From: Candidatus Elulimicrobium sp.
GTDB taxonomy: Bacteria; Patescibacteriota; Minisyncoccia; Moranbacterales; UBA9337
NCBI GenBank assembly: GCA_020722485.1
Contig: DYKS01000002.1
Span: 1 to 41,128 of the forward strand
Length of the DNA: 41,128 nt
Reading direction: 5' to 3'
A program made the position numbers and the translations under genes. The notes beneath the pieces are model-generated. The model ran no database searches. It was not told where the DNA came from and saw only the letters and a program-made list of their open reading frames with translations. Below are positions 18,212-27,786 of this stretch, in pieces; position 1 is the first letter of the stretch; every line of letters starts with the position of its first letter.

Positions 18212-18351
18212 AATCGCCTCCTGTTGTTTCTAATTTGATTGTATAATGCGCAAAAAGTTAGATTTTATACGCCTAACTTCCTCCTTTCAAACTATTAAGA
18301 TAATAATTGAATTATGTATAAAATAAAAATCAAACTTGCGCATAAGTCCTG

Positions 18352-19200
18352 TCAACTATTTTTTCGCGATAACAACCAAATATTTTCCAAGAGACAAGCG
18401 ACCGTCACCGGACCGACTCCGCCAGGCACGGAAGAAACAAATCCCTTTTGAGAACTGGCATAAATTTTTCTATCTATGTCCCCGTAAACTTTTTTACCTA
18501 TTTTCTTTATTCCTCCGTCCGCAATAATTGCTCCCGTTTGAAACATTTCTTTTTTAAGTAAATTCGGCATTCCGCAAGCAGAAATTACAATATTTGCTTG
18601 CTTGATTTTTATTATTTTTTCTTTATTATTCTCTAAAATTTCCCGACAAAAAACTATTTCCCCTTCTACTTTTTCCCTTTTTAATATTTCCAACATCGTT
18701 CGGCCAAAATTTTCCGATTTAGCAATTATGACTGCCTTTTTGCCTGCTAGATTTTTAATAACGCTTTTAATTATTTTTAAAATGGAAAGCGAAAAAACTG
18801 GTTTAATTTTTCCGTCACCAGCAAAAAATTTTTTCAAATTTTCGGGATGAAAACCGTCCACATCTTTGGCGGGATCAATAGCGCCAATTATTTTTTCGGT
18901 GTTTAATCCTTTTGGCAAAGGTAACTGAACAATAATCCCGTTTATTCGTTTATCCGCGTTCAATTCTTTTATTTTTTTTATTATTTCTTCTTCTTTCGTT
19001 TTTCGTGAAAATTGAAAAAGCAAAAATCTAATGCCGACTTTTTTCGCCGCTTTTTCTTTCAAATTAACATAAATTTTTGACGCTTTGTTTTCTCCAATCA
19101 AAACTACCGCCAAACCGGGAGTTAATCCGCTTTCTATAATTTCTTTTTTAATTCGCGTTAAAATTTTATCCGCGATTTTTTTTCCTTGAATAATTTTCAT
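18352..19200 (-). CDS. folD: Methylenetetrahydrofolate dehydrogenase/cyclohydrolase FolD (divergent)
   Basis: PGLAVVLIG, YV..K, GIIVQLPLP, KDVDGFHP.N and VPGGVGPVTVA.L..N motifs. Confidence 0.92.
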   Translation of the reverse strand: MKIIQGKKIADKILTRIKKEIIESGLTPGLAVVLIGENKASKIYVNLKEKAAKKVGIRFLLFQFSRKTKEEEIIKKIKELNADKRINGIIVQLPLPKGLNTEKIIGAIDPAKDVDGFHPENLKKFFAGDGKIKPVFSLSILKIIKSVIKNLAGKKAVIIAKSENFGRTMLEILKREKVEGEIVFCREILENNKEKIIKIKQANIVISACGMPNLLKKEMFQTGAIIADGGIKKIGKKVYGDIDRKIYASSQKGFVSSVPGGVGPVTVACLLENIWLLSRKNS

Positions 19201-19275
19201 ATTTGTTACCGCGCGCGATTTTTTTCAACTCGCGTGTTTATTTTTCATCCACGATAAATGCTTAGCATTGAAAAA

Positions 19276-20115
19276 TCAAAAAAAGTATACCCCAACAATT
19301 ACCGCCGCCAATAAAAATCGATACCAAAAAAATATTTTATAACCAACTTTTTCCACAAATTTAAGCAAATATTTTATCGCCAAATATCCGCTCAATCCCG
19401 AGAAAAAAATTCCCGCCAGCATCGGCACGTTAAAATTAAAAACTAAATCTTTTATTTTCAAAATACTAGCGCCTAAAACAATCGGCGTCAAAAGCAAAAA
19501 AGAAAAACGCGCCGCGCTTACTCTATCTAATTGGCGAAAAAGCCCAGCGGTAATAGTAATTCCCGATCGAGATGTGCCCGGCACAATCGCCAGCGCTTGC
19601 GCCAAGCCAATAAAAATTCCGTCTCTAAATTTAATATCTTTTAAATGGCGACCGTTTGATTTTTCTGTTACATTTTTTTGACTATTTGTTTTTTGATCTG
19701 CCCAATAAAGAACAGCTCCCCAAAAAAACAAATTAAACGCCACCAATAATGGATGACGAAAAATAGTTGCCGCTAAATCTTCCAAAAACAATCCAGCTAA
19801 AACTCCCGGAATAGTCGCCGCCGCCAAAATCCATAAAGTATTATTCATATAGCGCGAATCACTAAATATTTCTTTATTTTCTTTATGCTTCAAATTGAGC
19901 GCCGACAATTTCATGATTATTATCCAATCGCGATAAAAGTATGTTACTACCGCCAACAATGTTCCAAAATGAAGCGCCACATCAAAAGAAAGTCCCGGAT
20001 CTTTGAAATTAAACAGCCACGGGAAAATAACCAAATGCCCTGATGAAGAAATCGGAAGAAATTCGCTTATTCCTTGAATGACTCCTAAAATTATTGCCTG
20101 AAAAATATCCGCCAT
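19276..20115 (-). CDS. uppP: Undecaprenyl-diphosphatase UppP/BacA
   Basis: QGISEFLPISSSGH, LHFGT, PGTSRSG and ARFSFLL motifs; start at MADIFQ (20115). Confidence 0.96.
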   Translation of the reverse strand: MADIFQAIILGVIQGISEFLPISSSGHLVIFPWLFNFKDPGLSFDVALHFGTLLAVVTYFYRDWIIIMKLSALNLKHKENKEIFSDSRYMNNTLWILAAATIPGVLAGLFLEDLAATIFRHPLLVAFNLFFWGAVLYWADQKTNSQKNVTEKSNGRHLKDIKFRDGIFIGLAQALAIVPGTSRSGITITAGLFRQLDRVSAARFSFLLLTPIVLGASILKIKDLVFNFNVPMLAGIFFSGLSGYLAIKYLLKFVEKVGYKIFFWYRFLLAAVIVGVYFF

Positions 20116-20116
20116 A

Positions 20117-20815
20117 TTATTTTTTCCCAATAAAAATTATGTTTCTGCCGTTGATTATAGCACATTTTTCCGTTTTAAAACCCGCTTTATGAAATAATTT
20201 TTCTAATCCCTTCCGAGTAAAAGCATGATGATAACGAACAAATTTTCTTTTTTCATTATCGGTAAACCCGATATAACAATCGTTCCAATCCAAATCGCTT
20301 TTTCTGATAATTTTATTTTTCCAATTTTCCAAAATATTTTTCCAATATTTTTTTTGAAATAAATTCCAAACAGACACAATGATATAACCATCGGGTTTGA
20401 CGACGTGAAATAATTCCCGCGCCATTTTTCTTCTCAAATCTTCGCTTGGTAAATGATGAAAAACCGCCAGAGCATACACTACATTGAAATAATCTTCCGA
20501 AAATGGTAAACTGGCTTGACCCGAGTTGATTTTTAAAAATTTAAAATTATCGGCGGTATACCTCCTTTTGGCTAAATCAATAAGTTTCGCCGAAAAATCC
20601 ACTCCTATATAATTTATGTTTTTTTCAAGAAAAAGCTCCGCCAATCGGCCGTTACCGCAACCATAATCTAAAATCCGATCGTTTTCTCGCGCGTAATTTT
20701 TTATAAATTCTAAATCAGACCAAAAATTTTTCCGAGTTTGAGAAAATTTTTCCGCGATTAAATCATAACCCCTTTCAGTCTCTTTTAAAATTTTTTTCAC
20801 CGTTTCTTTTTTCAT
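20117..20815 (-). CDS. Class I SAM methyltransferase, Trm9/ALKBH8-like (candidate tRNA cm5U34 methyltransferase)
   Basis: YDLIAEKFSQTR..FW, DYGCGNG motif I, LAVFHHL, VKPDGYIIVSVW and RYHHAF motifs. Confidence 0.75.
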   Translation of the reverse strand: MKKETVKKILKETERGYDLIAEKFSQTRKNFWSDLEFIKNYARENDRILDYGCGNGRLAELFLEKNINYIGVDFSAKLIDLAKRRYTADNFKFLKINSGQASLPFSEDYFNVVYALAVFHHLPSEDLRRKMARELFHVVKPDGYIIVSVWNLFQKKYWKNILENWKNKIIRKSDLDWNDCYIGFTDNEKRKFVRYHHAFTRKGLEKLFHKAGFKTEKCAIINGRNIIFIGKK

Positions 20816-20845
20816 AAAACAAGTTTAGGATGACATTATAATATT

Positions 20846-22501
20846 ATGAATCAAAATTTACACGAAAATTTAATCAAATCAGCCACCCAAACCGCTTTTT
20901 CTCATCCTAGCAAATTTTTGAAATTTAAGAAACAATTTTGTTCTCGAGCAAAAATCCCCCAGCCCACCAATGCCAACCTGCGCCAGCTTTACGAAAAAAT
21001 GGTGCGAGAGAAAAAAATTAAAAGAAACTTTAATTTAGAAAAAGCGATGCTCGCACATAGCGCGCGCACCCAATCTGGCGTGGCAATCATAGCCGTTCTC
21101 ACTAAACCTTATGCTTGTCCCGGCCAGTGCGTTTTCTGTCCAACAGAAAAAAATATACCCAAAAGTTATCTTCCTAATGAACCAGCGGTGATGCGCGCTG
21201 TAATGAACAAATTTAATCCTTATCATCAAGTTCAATCTCGCATCAAAGCGTTAGAACTTAATGGACATAATACTGATAAAATTGAATTGATTGTAATGGG
21301 GGGAACTTTCTCTTATTTTCCGAAACATTATCAAAAATGGTTCATCGCTGAATGTTTCCGCGCGTGCAATGAATACAAAAAATCAAAAAATACCAACGCT
21401 AAAACAACATTGGAAAAAGAACAAAAAAGAAATGAGAATTCCAAACATAGAATTGTGGGATTAACGCTGGAAACTCGTCCCGATTACATTGACGAAAAGG
21501 AAATTTTAAATTTCAGAAAATTAGGTTGCACACGAGTAGAATTAGGAGTACAAACAATTTTTGACGATATTTTAAAGTTAAATAAACGTGGTCATAAAGT
21601 TTCAGCAACCATTCGCGCAACTCGTCTGCTCAAAGACGCCGGTTTTAAAATTAATTATCACTTGATGCCCGGCCTTTACGGCAGCAACCGTCAAAAAGAT
21701 TATGAAATGTTCGCGCGTCTTTTTTCGGATTCTAACTTCCAACCGGATATGCTAAAAATTTACCCGACGCTGGTAATTAAAAATTCTCAACTTTACCGCT
21801 TATGGAAAAAAGGCGCTTATCAACCACTTACCGACCGCGATTTTGAAAATTTAATCATCAAGGTAAAAAACGAAATCATCCCCCCTTATATTCGCATTCA
21901 AAGATTAGTGCGGGACGTGCCTTTACCTTCTATCGAAGCCGGACCAAAAATCTCCAACTTGCGACAAATTATTGCCGCCAAAACTCATTGTCAATGCATT
22001 CGTTGTCGAGAAGTAAAAGAAACATATAAATCTGACAATAAAATTATTTTAGATAGAATAGACTACAACGGATCAGGCGGAAAAGAAATTTTTTTACAAT
22101 TTATAGATTCCCCGTCTGCTTCCAAAAAAGAAACTGATAATAAAAGAAATAAATTATACGCGCTTTTGCGATTGAGAATTCCCTCTAGTTTAATTTCTTC
22201 CTCTTCTCAAAAAAAAGAACAAAAAAATACTTTGTATGAAAAAATTCCTGTGTTAAAAAATGCCGCCCTTATTCGTGAAGTCCATACTTTCGGAAAACTA
22301 ATTCCAATCGGAAAAAAAGAAAAAAAATCCCCGCAACACATTGGATTAGGAAAGAAACTTATTCAAGAAGCGGAAAAAATTGCTCGTGAAGAATTTGGCA
22401 TTTCCAAAATCGCCGTTATTTCCGGAGTAGGTGTTCGAAATTATTATCGTAAACTGGGATATAGACTAAAAGATAATTATATGGTAAAAAAGATACGATA
22501 A
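20846..22501 (+). CDS. elp3: Elongator protein 3-type tRNA uridine(34) acetyl/carboxymethyltransferase
   Basis: Radical SAM CPGQCVFCP, PKSY...EPA, MGGTF, ETRPD, RVELGVQT and KIYPT; C-terminal KAT domain with REVHTFG, QHIGLGKKL and ISGVGVRNYYRKLGY. Confidence 0.95.
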   Translation: MNQNLHENLIKSATQTAFSHPSKFLKFKKQFCSRAKIPQPTNANLRQLYEKMVREKKIKRNFNLEKAMLAHSARTQSGVAIIAVLTKPYACPGQCVFCPTEKNIPKSYLPNEPAVMRAVMNKFNPYHQVQSRIKALELNGHNTDKIELIVMGGTFSYFPKHYQKWFIAECFRACNEYKKSKNTNAKTTLEKEQKRNENSKHRIVGLTLETRPDYIDEKEILNFRKLGCTRVELGVQTIFDDILKLNKRGHKVSATIRATRLLKDAGFKINYHLMPGLYGSNRQKDYEMFARLFSDSNFQPDMLKIYPTLVIKNSQLYRLWKKGAYQPLTDRDFENLIIKVKNEIIPPYIRIQRLVRDVPLPSIEAGPKISNLRQIIAAKTHCQCIRCREVKETYKSDNKIILDRIDYNGSGGKEIFLQFIDSPSASKKETDNKRNKLYALLRLRIPSSLISSSSQKKEQKNTLYEKIPVLKNAALIREVHTFGKLIPIGKKEKKSPQHIGLGKKLIQEAEKIAREEFGISKIAVISGVGVRNYYRKLGYRLKDNYMVKKIR

Positions 22502-22505
22502 TTTA

Positions 22506-22690
22506 TTAAATTTTACAGCGCTATTTACATCTTTGGCAATTATTTCTATTTGTTTTTTATGTCATTCCCGCGTTTTTTATATCATTCCTGCGAAAGCGAG
22601 AATCCAGTTTTTCTTTTTTATCACATATAAATTTCAAATAAATTTTCTGCTAGCGCTCTAAAATTTTCCGCAATGATAAATATGAAAATT
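22506..22690 (+). repeat. MITE-like palindromic repeat, copy 3 (degenerate)
   Basis: TTTTACAGCGCTATTTACATCTTTGGCAATTATTTC...TGTCATTCCCGC...TCATTCCTGCGAAAGCGAGAATCCAG, colinear with copy 1. Confidence 0.65.
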
Positions 22691-22699
22691 CAAAAATTT

Positions 22700-22928
22700 A
22701 GAGCCTCTTTTTTGATTAAGATAATTTCCCGAATTTCTTTTATTTCTCTTTAATATTGAATAATCTCAATTAAGTTTTCTGGCATCCATATTTTTTTCTT
22801 TCCCATTCTTAACCAAGTTTTAATTTGTTCCCTTCCATAAAGAGTCAATGATTTTTCTTTTAGCATACTTTGCGTTGTTTAAAAGTTAACACTTCAGCAT
22901 ATCAAAAAAGGGGCTTTTATGTTTGAAT
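22700..22928 (-). mobile_element. IS30-family left-end relic with decayed transposase HTH
   Basis: ATG at 22866 gives MLKEKSLTLYGREQIKTWLRMGKK, then after a frameshift ARKLN*DYSILKRNKRNSG (IS30 N-terminal HTH-like); end sequence ATTCAAACATAAAAGCCCCTTTTT is shared with 36215. Confidence 0.65.
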
Positions 22929-22966
22929 AGAGTTTTTGCCAAATCTATTTTTCTTTTTCAAAAAAC

Positions 22967-22975
22967 TGCTATAAT
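22967..22975 (+). promoter_or_regulatory. Putative extended -10 promoter for the YjbQ-family gene
   Basis: TGcTATAAT about 75 bp upstream of the ATG. Confidence 0.4.
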
Positions 22976-23048
22976 AAAAATTGTTTTCAAATTAAATTTT
23001 TAATTGTCACGAATTTTTAAATTTAAAAATTCGGCGCGCATAAATACT

Positions 23049-23492
23049 ATGAAAATCATCAATAAAATTATTGAACTAAAAACCGCCACCACTTTAGATT
23101 TCATTGACATTACAAAAAAAATTCAAGAAAAAATAAAAGAAACCGGAATAAAAAACGGAGTTATTAACATTCAATCCCTACACACTACTATGTCAGTTAT
23201 CGTCAATGAAGCAGAACCGCTTTTGATTGAAGATATGAAAAAACTATTAGAAAAATTAGCTCCTCGCACTTATAAATATATGCATGACAATTTTGAAATT
23301 CGCACCGTTAATATGTGCGATGGAGAATGCGATAACGGACATTCTCACAACAAAGCCTTGCATCTGCCCACTTCCGTTATGATAAATATCGTTAAAAATA
23401 ACTTACAAATGGGAACTTGGCAAAGAATTTTCGCGGTGGAATTAGACCGCGCGCGTTCACGTAAAATCGCTTTGCAAATTATAGGTAATTAA
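23049..23492 (+). CDS. yjbQ: YjbQ/UPF0047 family protein
   Basis: FIDIT, HTT, NE.EP, Y.HD, NGHSH and GTWQRIF..ELD..R.R motifs; ATG at 23049. Confidence 0.9.
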   Translation: MKIINKIIELKTATTLDFIDITKKIQEKIKETGIKNGVINIQSLHTTMSVIVNEAEPLLIEDMKKLLEKLAPRTYKYMHDNFEIRTVNMCDGECDNGHSHNKALHLPTSVMINIVKNNLQMGTWQRIFAVELDRARSRKIALQIIGN

Positions 23493-23518
23493 ATTTATCA
23501 AAAAAGTCAGAACTTATC

Positions 23519-24172
23519 TCAAAATTTTAAATTCAAAATAATTTTTTCCACTTCTTTTAAATTTTTTGCCGCGTAATCGCAACACTCACTAGAACAATTT
23601 TTAAAGCGTCCTTCTAATCGATAAATAAAAATTGTCTCCACTTTGGGGACAATTTTTTTCACATTTTCTATCTGTTCCGCTCGATCGTCCAAAAAATAAA
23701 TTTTTTCTGTTTTGTTTTTTGTTTTCGTCTTTTGTAAATAATTTTTTATTACTTCTCCTTTCATTTTTTTCGTAACGTAAATTTTTTGAAAATAATCTAC
23801 AATACCAGAATTTTTTATTTTTTCTTTCTGAAATTTTCCTATTCCATAAGAAACAAGAATTAAATTTTTTTTACTTAATTTTTCCAAAAAATTTTTCACA
23901 TCCGGAAAAATATAATCGCTAGCAGAATGCAAAAAATTAAATAAATCTTTTTTTAATTTTTCTTTATCAATGTCGGTTTCTTTCGCGATTCTTTCAATTT
24001 GTCGCCAAGGATCATAACAGCGTAAAGCGCTCGATTTTTCTTTCGCAAAATCCGCGTAATAAGTTTTTTCAAAAATTTCTCGAGAAACGTTATGTCTTAA
24101 AAAAACTTTTAGATAGTCTCGTTTGAATTTTCGAGTGTTGAATAAAACATCGTCAAAATCCACGAAAATCAT
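23519..24172 (-). CDS. HAD-superfamily hydrolase
   Basis: Motif I FVDFDDVLFNT, motif II VSYG, conserved Lys, motif IV FLDDR; overlaps the stop of the YvcK-family gene. Confidence 0.8.
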   Translation of the reverse strand: MIFVDFDDVLFNTRKFKRDYLKVFLRHNVSREIFEKTYYADFAKEKSSALRCYDPWRQIERIAKETDIDKEKLKKDLFNFLHSASDYIFPDVKNFLEKLSKKNLILVSYGIGKFQKEKIKNSGIVDYFQKIYVTKKMKGEVIKNYLQKTKTKNKTEKIYFLDDRAEQIENVKKIVPKVETIFIYRLEGRFKNCSSECCDYAAKNLKEVEKIILNLKF

Positions 24173-25197
24173 ATTATCTCTTGAATTAAATTGTTATATT
24201 CATCCATTTCTAAAATCATCATCAAAACTTTTGCCAGTTTATCGCTATCATGGCGAATAAAAGAACGCGAATTCGCTATAATATCATTTTTATTTTTTTT
24301 CGGCTGAGTTCGTTTTAAAACATCAGCTTTAATTACTTTATAATTTCTTTTTTTTAAAATATCCTTTTTAAATTCCACAATTGATCCTTTGCCTTCTCTT
24401 TTTTCATATTTTTTTATCAATTTCTTTTCCGGTTTGGTTCCGGAAAAAACCACAAAGTCAATCCTTTCATCGCCAATATAATCATTTATAGAAGCGACAT
24501 AATCGTCCACAGAAAAATTCTCCGTTTGTCCTTTTTTATTAGTCAAATTACAATTATAAACCACTTTGGCGCGACAATTACGAAGCGCTTCAGAAACTCC
24601 CGTTACTAAAAAATTAGGCAGTATTGATCCGTAATGATCACCCGGACCAATAATAATCATATCGGCTTTTTTTATGGCTTCTAATACTTTTAAATTAGCT
24701 TTTACTTTCGGTTTTAAATAAATTTTTTCCACTCCGTATTTCCTAACATCTTTATTATGATCAAGTTGTTTTTCTCCAATAATACTTTTGCCATTTTTAA
24801 GTTTAATCTGTAAATTCATTTTTTTATCAGAAACAGGAATCACTTTTCCTTTGACACTTAAAATCGTAGCCGCTTCTTCCACTCCTTTAGCCAATCTTCC
24901 TTTAATCTTTTCCAAAGCTGATAAAAAGAGATTGCCAAAATTATGTCCTTTGAGTTCTCCTTTTTCAAAACGATAATTCATCAACTCGCGCAAAGTTTCT
25001 GAAGAATTAGAAAGCGCCGTCAAACATTGACGAATATCTCCCGGCGGCAACACGCCTAATTCATCGCGCAAACGACCGGTAGATCCTCCATCATCCGCCA
25101 TAGAAACAACCGCTGTAATATTTACCGGATATTTCTTTAATCCTAAAAGCAAAGTAAAATGTCCTGTTCCACCTCCGATTGTTACTATATTTTTCAT
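24169..25197 (-). CDS. yvcK: YvcK/GlmR (CofD-like, UPF0052) family protein
   Basis: IGGGTG, DDGGSTG.LR, PPGDIR, GHNFGNL, GPG and RHDS.KLA motifs; start MKNIV at 25197. Confidence 0.92.
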   Translation of the reverse strand: MKNIVTIGGGTGHFTLLLGLKKYPVNITAVVSMADDGGSTGRLRDELGVLPPGDIRQCLTALSNSSETLRELMNYRFEKGELKGHNFGNLFLSALEKIKGRLAKGVEEAATILSVKGKVIPVSDKKMNLQIKLKNGKSIIGEKQLDHNKDVRKYGVEKIYLKPKVKANLKVLEAIKKADMIIIGPGDHYGSILPNFLVTGVSEALRNCRAKVVYNCNLTNKKGQTENFSVDDYVASINDYIGDERIDFVVFSGTKPEKKLIKKYEKREGKGSIVEFKKDILKKRNYKVIKADVLKRTQPKKNKNDIIANSRSFIRHDSDKLAKVLMMILEMDEYNNLIQEII

Positions 25198-25237
25198 AAT
25201 TCCGTAAATAAAACACAAACAATCAGTTTAAAAATTT

Positions 25238-27676
25238 TTATTCAATAACTATATTTACCAATCGCCCCGCCACGAATATCACTTTCTTAATTTTTTTTCC
25301 ACTAATATATTTCTGCGTTTTTTCGCTTGAGATCGCCAATTTTTTAGCTTCTTCATCGGAAATATTCACCGACGCTTCAATCCTGTCGCGAACTTTGCCA
25401 TTAATTTGAACCACCATTTCAATTGTTTCTTCTTTGATCAGTTCCGGATCATATGTTGGCCATTTCTCTAAAAATATGAGTTTTTTATTTCTCATTCTCT
25501 CCCATAATTCTTCGGAAATATGCGGCGCAAAAGGAGCAAGAAGTATCAAAAATTTTTCTATCACCGTTTTTGAAAGTTTCTTGTTTTTGATATTATTTAT
25601 AAATATCATCAACTTGCTGATCGCCGTGTTAAATTTCAATTCTTCAATATCTTCCGTTACTCCTTTAATAGTTTTATTCAACAAAAAAGACAACTCTTTG
25701 GAAATTTGTTCTTCACTATTTAAAACCAATTTGTAATTTTGAAAAAGATTCCATACTTTTTCCAAAAACCGATATACCCCTTTCACTCCCTCTTCGTTCC
25801 ACATTACATCATCTTCCAACGGTCCAGCAAACATCATATACATTCGCGTCGCATCCGCGCCAAATTTAGACACCATTTCATCAGGATTAACCACATTACC
25901 TTTGGATTTACTCATCTTTACTCCGTTTTTATCCAACACCATTCCTTGATGACGTAATTTCAAAAACGGCTCGTCAAAATCAATTAGTCCAATTTTTTTC
26001 AACGCTTTAATAAAAAATCGCGCGTAAAGAAGATGTAAATAAGTATGTTCCGCCCCGCCAATATAGAGATCCACTGGCAACCACCTTTTTAATTTTTCTG
26101 GCGCGCAAAATTCTTTTTCATTTTTTGTATCCGGATAACGCAAAAAATACCAAGAAGAATCCACAAAAGTATCCAAAGTGTCCACCTCCGGTATCCAGTT
26201 TTGTCCGAATAATTTTTCCGTTCGTTCTTTGAGTTCTTTTGATTTTTTAAGCGGTGATTCGCCTGTTGGCGTAAAATCTACATCTTTCGGTAAAAGCCAC
26301 GGCAAATTTTCTTCACCTACGAATTTCGCCTCTCCCTCTGGCGAATAAACAATCGGTATGGGACAACCCCAATACCTTTGTCGCGAAACTGACCAATCGC
26401 GTAAACGATAATTTGAGGTTATTTCCCCGCCTACAAATTCTGTAATTTTCTTCTTCGCCTTCTCGCTTTCCATTCCGTCAAACTTTCCTGAATTAATTAA
26501 TTTTCCTTCTCCCGTGTAAATCTCTTCGGAAATATTTTTTCCAGAAATAACTTTTTTTATCTTAAGTTTGAACTTCTTTGCAAACTCATAATCCCGATTA
26601 TCATGCGCTGGCACAGCCATAATTGCACCCGTACCATATTCACCAAGAACATAATCCGCCACAAAAATTGGCACTTCTTCCCCATTAGCGGGATTGATCG
26701 CTTTAATCCCTTTTAATTCAACTCCTGTTTTTTCTTTATTCTCAATTCGCTCCCTTTCTGTCTTATTTTTCGCTTGTCTTACATATTTCTCAACCTCATC
26801 ATAATTTTTAATTCTTATTTTTTCATTTTCAATTAATGAATGTTCCGGCGCCACTACTAAATAAGTTACCCCAAACAAAGTATCTGGCCGAGTGGTAAAA
26901 ACTGTAATTTCTCCAATTTTATTTTTTTTACCAGCGTAAATTTTTTCATCGTTTGAAAATTGAAAATTAAAAATTGGAAATTTTAAAAGCGATCCTTCTG
27001 ATCTCCCAATCCAATTTTTTTGATTCTTTTTGGTGGATTCTGGCCAATCTAATTTATCCAAATCATTGATTAAATCCTCAGCAAAATCAGTAATTTTAAA
27101 AAACCATCCCAATACTTCTTTTTGCTCAATCTTGGTTTTACAGCGTTCACATCTTCCATCCACTACTTGCTCATTGGCAATACTGGTTTGACAAGATGGA
27201 CACCAATTAATTTTATCCATTTTTCTTTCCACTAATCCATTTTGAAAAAATTTTCCAAAAATATATTGTGTCCATTTGTAATAAGAAGGATCGGAAGTAT
27301 AAATTAAATTTTTCAAATCGTGTCCTAAACCTAACATTTTCATTTGACGCAAATAATTGTCCGTATTTTTCTTGGTTGTTTTTTCGGGATGAATTCCGGT
27401 TTTTACGGCATAATTTTCCGCTGGCAAACCAAAAGAATCAAAACCCTGCGGATGCAAAACATCATATCCTTGCATTTTTTTGAAACGATAAATTATATCC
27501 GAAGCAGTATAAGATTCCGTGTGTCCCATATGCAATCCGTCTCCCGATGGATAAGGAAACATATCTAAAACATAATATTTTTTCTTTTCGGGTTCGTCTT
27601 TATGTTCATATAATTTCTCTTTTGTCCATCTTTCTTGCCATTTTTCTTCAATTTTTTGATGATTATATTTTTCCAT
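25238..27676 (-). CDS. leuS: Leucine--tRNA ligase
   Basis: MFPYPSG.GLHMGH, TTRPDT, GTGAIMAVPAHD editing domain, SRQRYWG, KMSKS and VQINGKVR motifs. Confidence 0.97.
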   Translation of the reverse strand: MEKYNHQKIEEKWQERWTKEKLYEHKDEPEKKKYYVLDMFPYPSGDGLHMGHTESYTASDIIYRFKKMQGYDVLHPQGFDSFGLPAENYAVKTGIHPEKTTKKNTDNYLRQMKMLGLGHDLKNLIYTSDPSYYKWTQYIFGKFFQNGLVERKMDKINWCPSCQTSIANEQVVDGRCERCKTKIEQKEVLGWFFKITDFAEDLINDLDKLDWPESTKKNQKNWIGRSEGSLLKFPIFNFQFSNDEKIYAGKKNKIGEITVFTTRPDTLFGVTYLVVAPEHSLIENEKIRIKNYDEVEKYVRQAKNKTERERIENKEKTGVELKGIKAINPANGEEVPIFVADYVLGEYGTGAIMAVPAHDNRDYEFAKKFKLKIKKVISGKNISEEIYTGEGKLINSGKFDGMESEKAKKKITEFVGGEITSNYRLRDWSVSRQRYWGCPIPIVYSPEGEAKFVGEENLPWLLPKDVDFTPTGESPLKKSKELKERTEKLFGQNWIPEVDTLDTFVDSSWYFLRYPDTKNEKEFCAPEKLKRWLPVDLYIGGAEHTYLHLLYARFFIKALKKIGLIDFDEPFLKLRHQGMVLDKNGVKMSKSKGNVVNPDEMVSKFGADATRMYMMFAGPLEDDVMWNEEGVKGVYRFLEKVWNLFQNYKLVLNSEEQISKELSFLLNKTIKGVTEDIEELKFNTAISKLMIFINNIKNKKLSKTVIEKFLILLAPFAPHISEELWERMRNKKLIFLEKWPTYDPELIKEETIEMVVQINGKVRDRIEASVNISDEEAKKLAISSEKTQKYISGKKIKKVIFVAGRLVNIVIE

Positions 27677-27786
27677 AATTTTTTTTAATATCTTAATATT
27701 ATCTTATTTTTCAGCTTTTTTCAACTAAAAAAACGAGACGTTTCCCCTTGAAAAAATAAAAAAAAAGAGTAAACTTAATGGAACTT

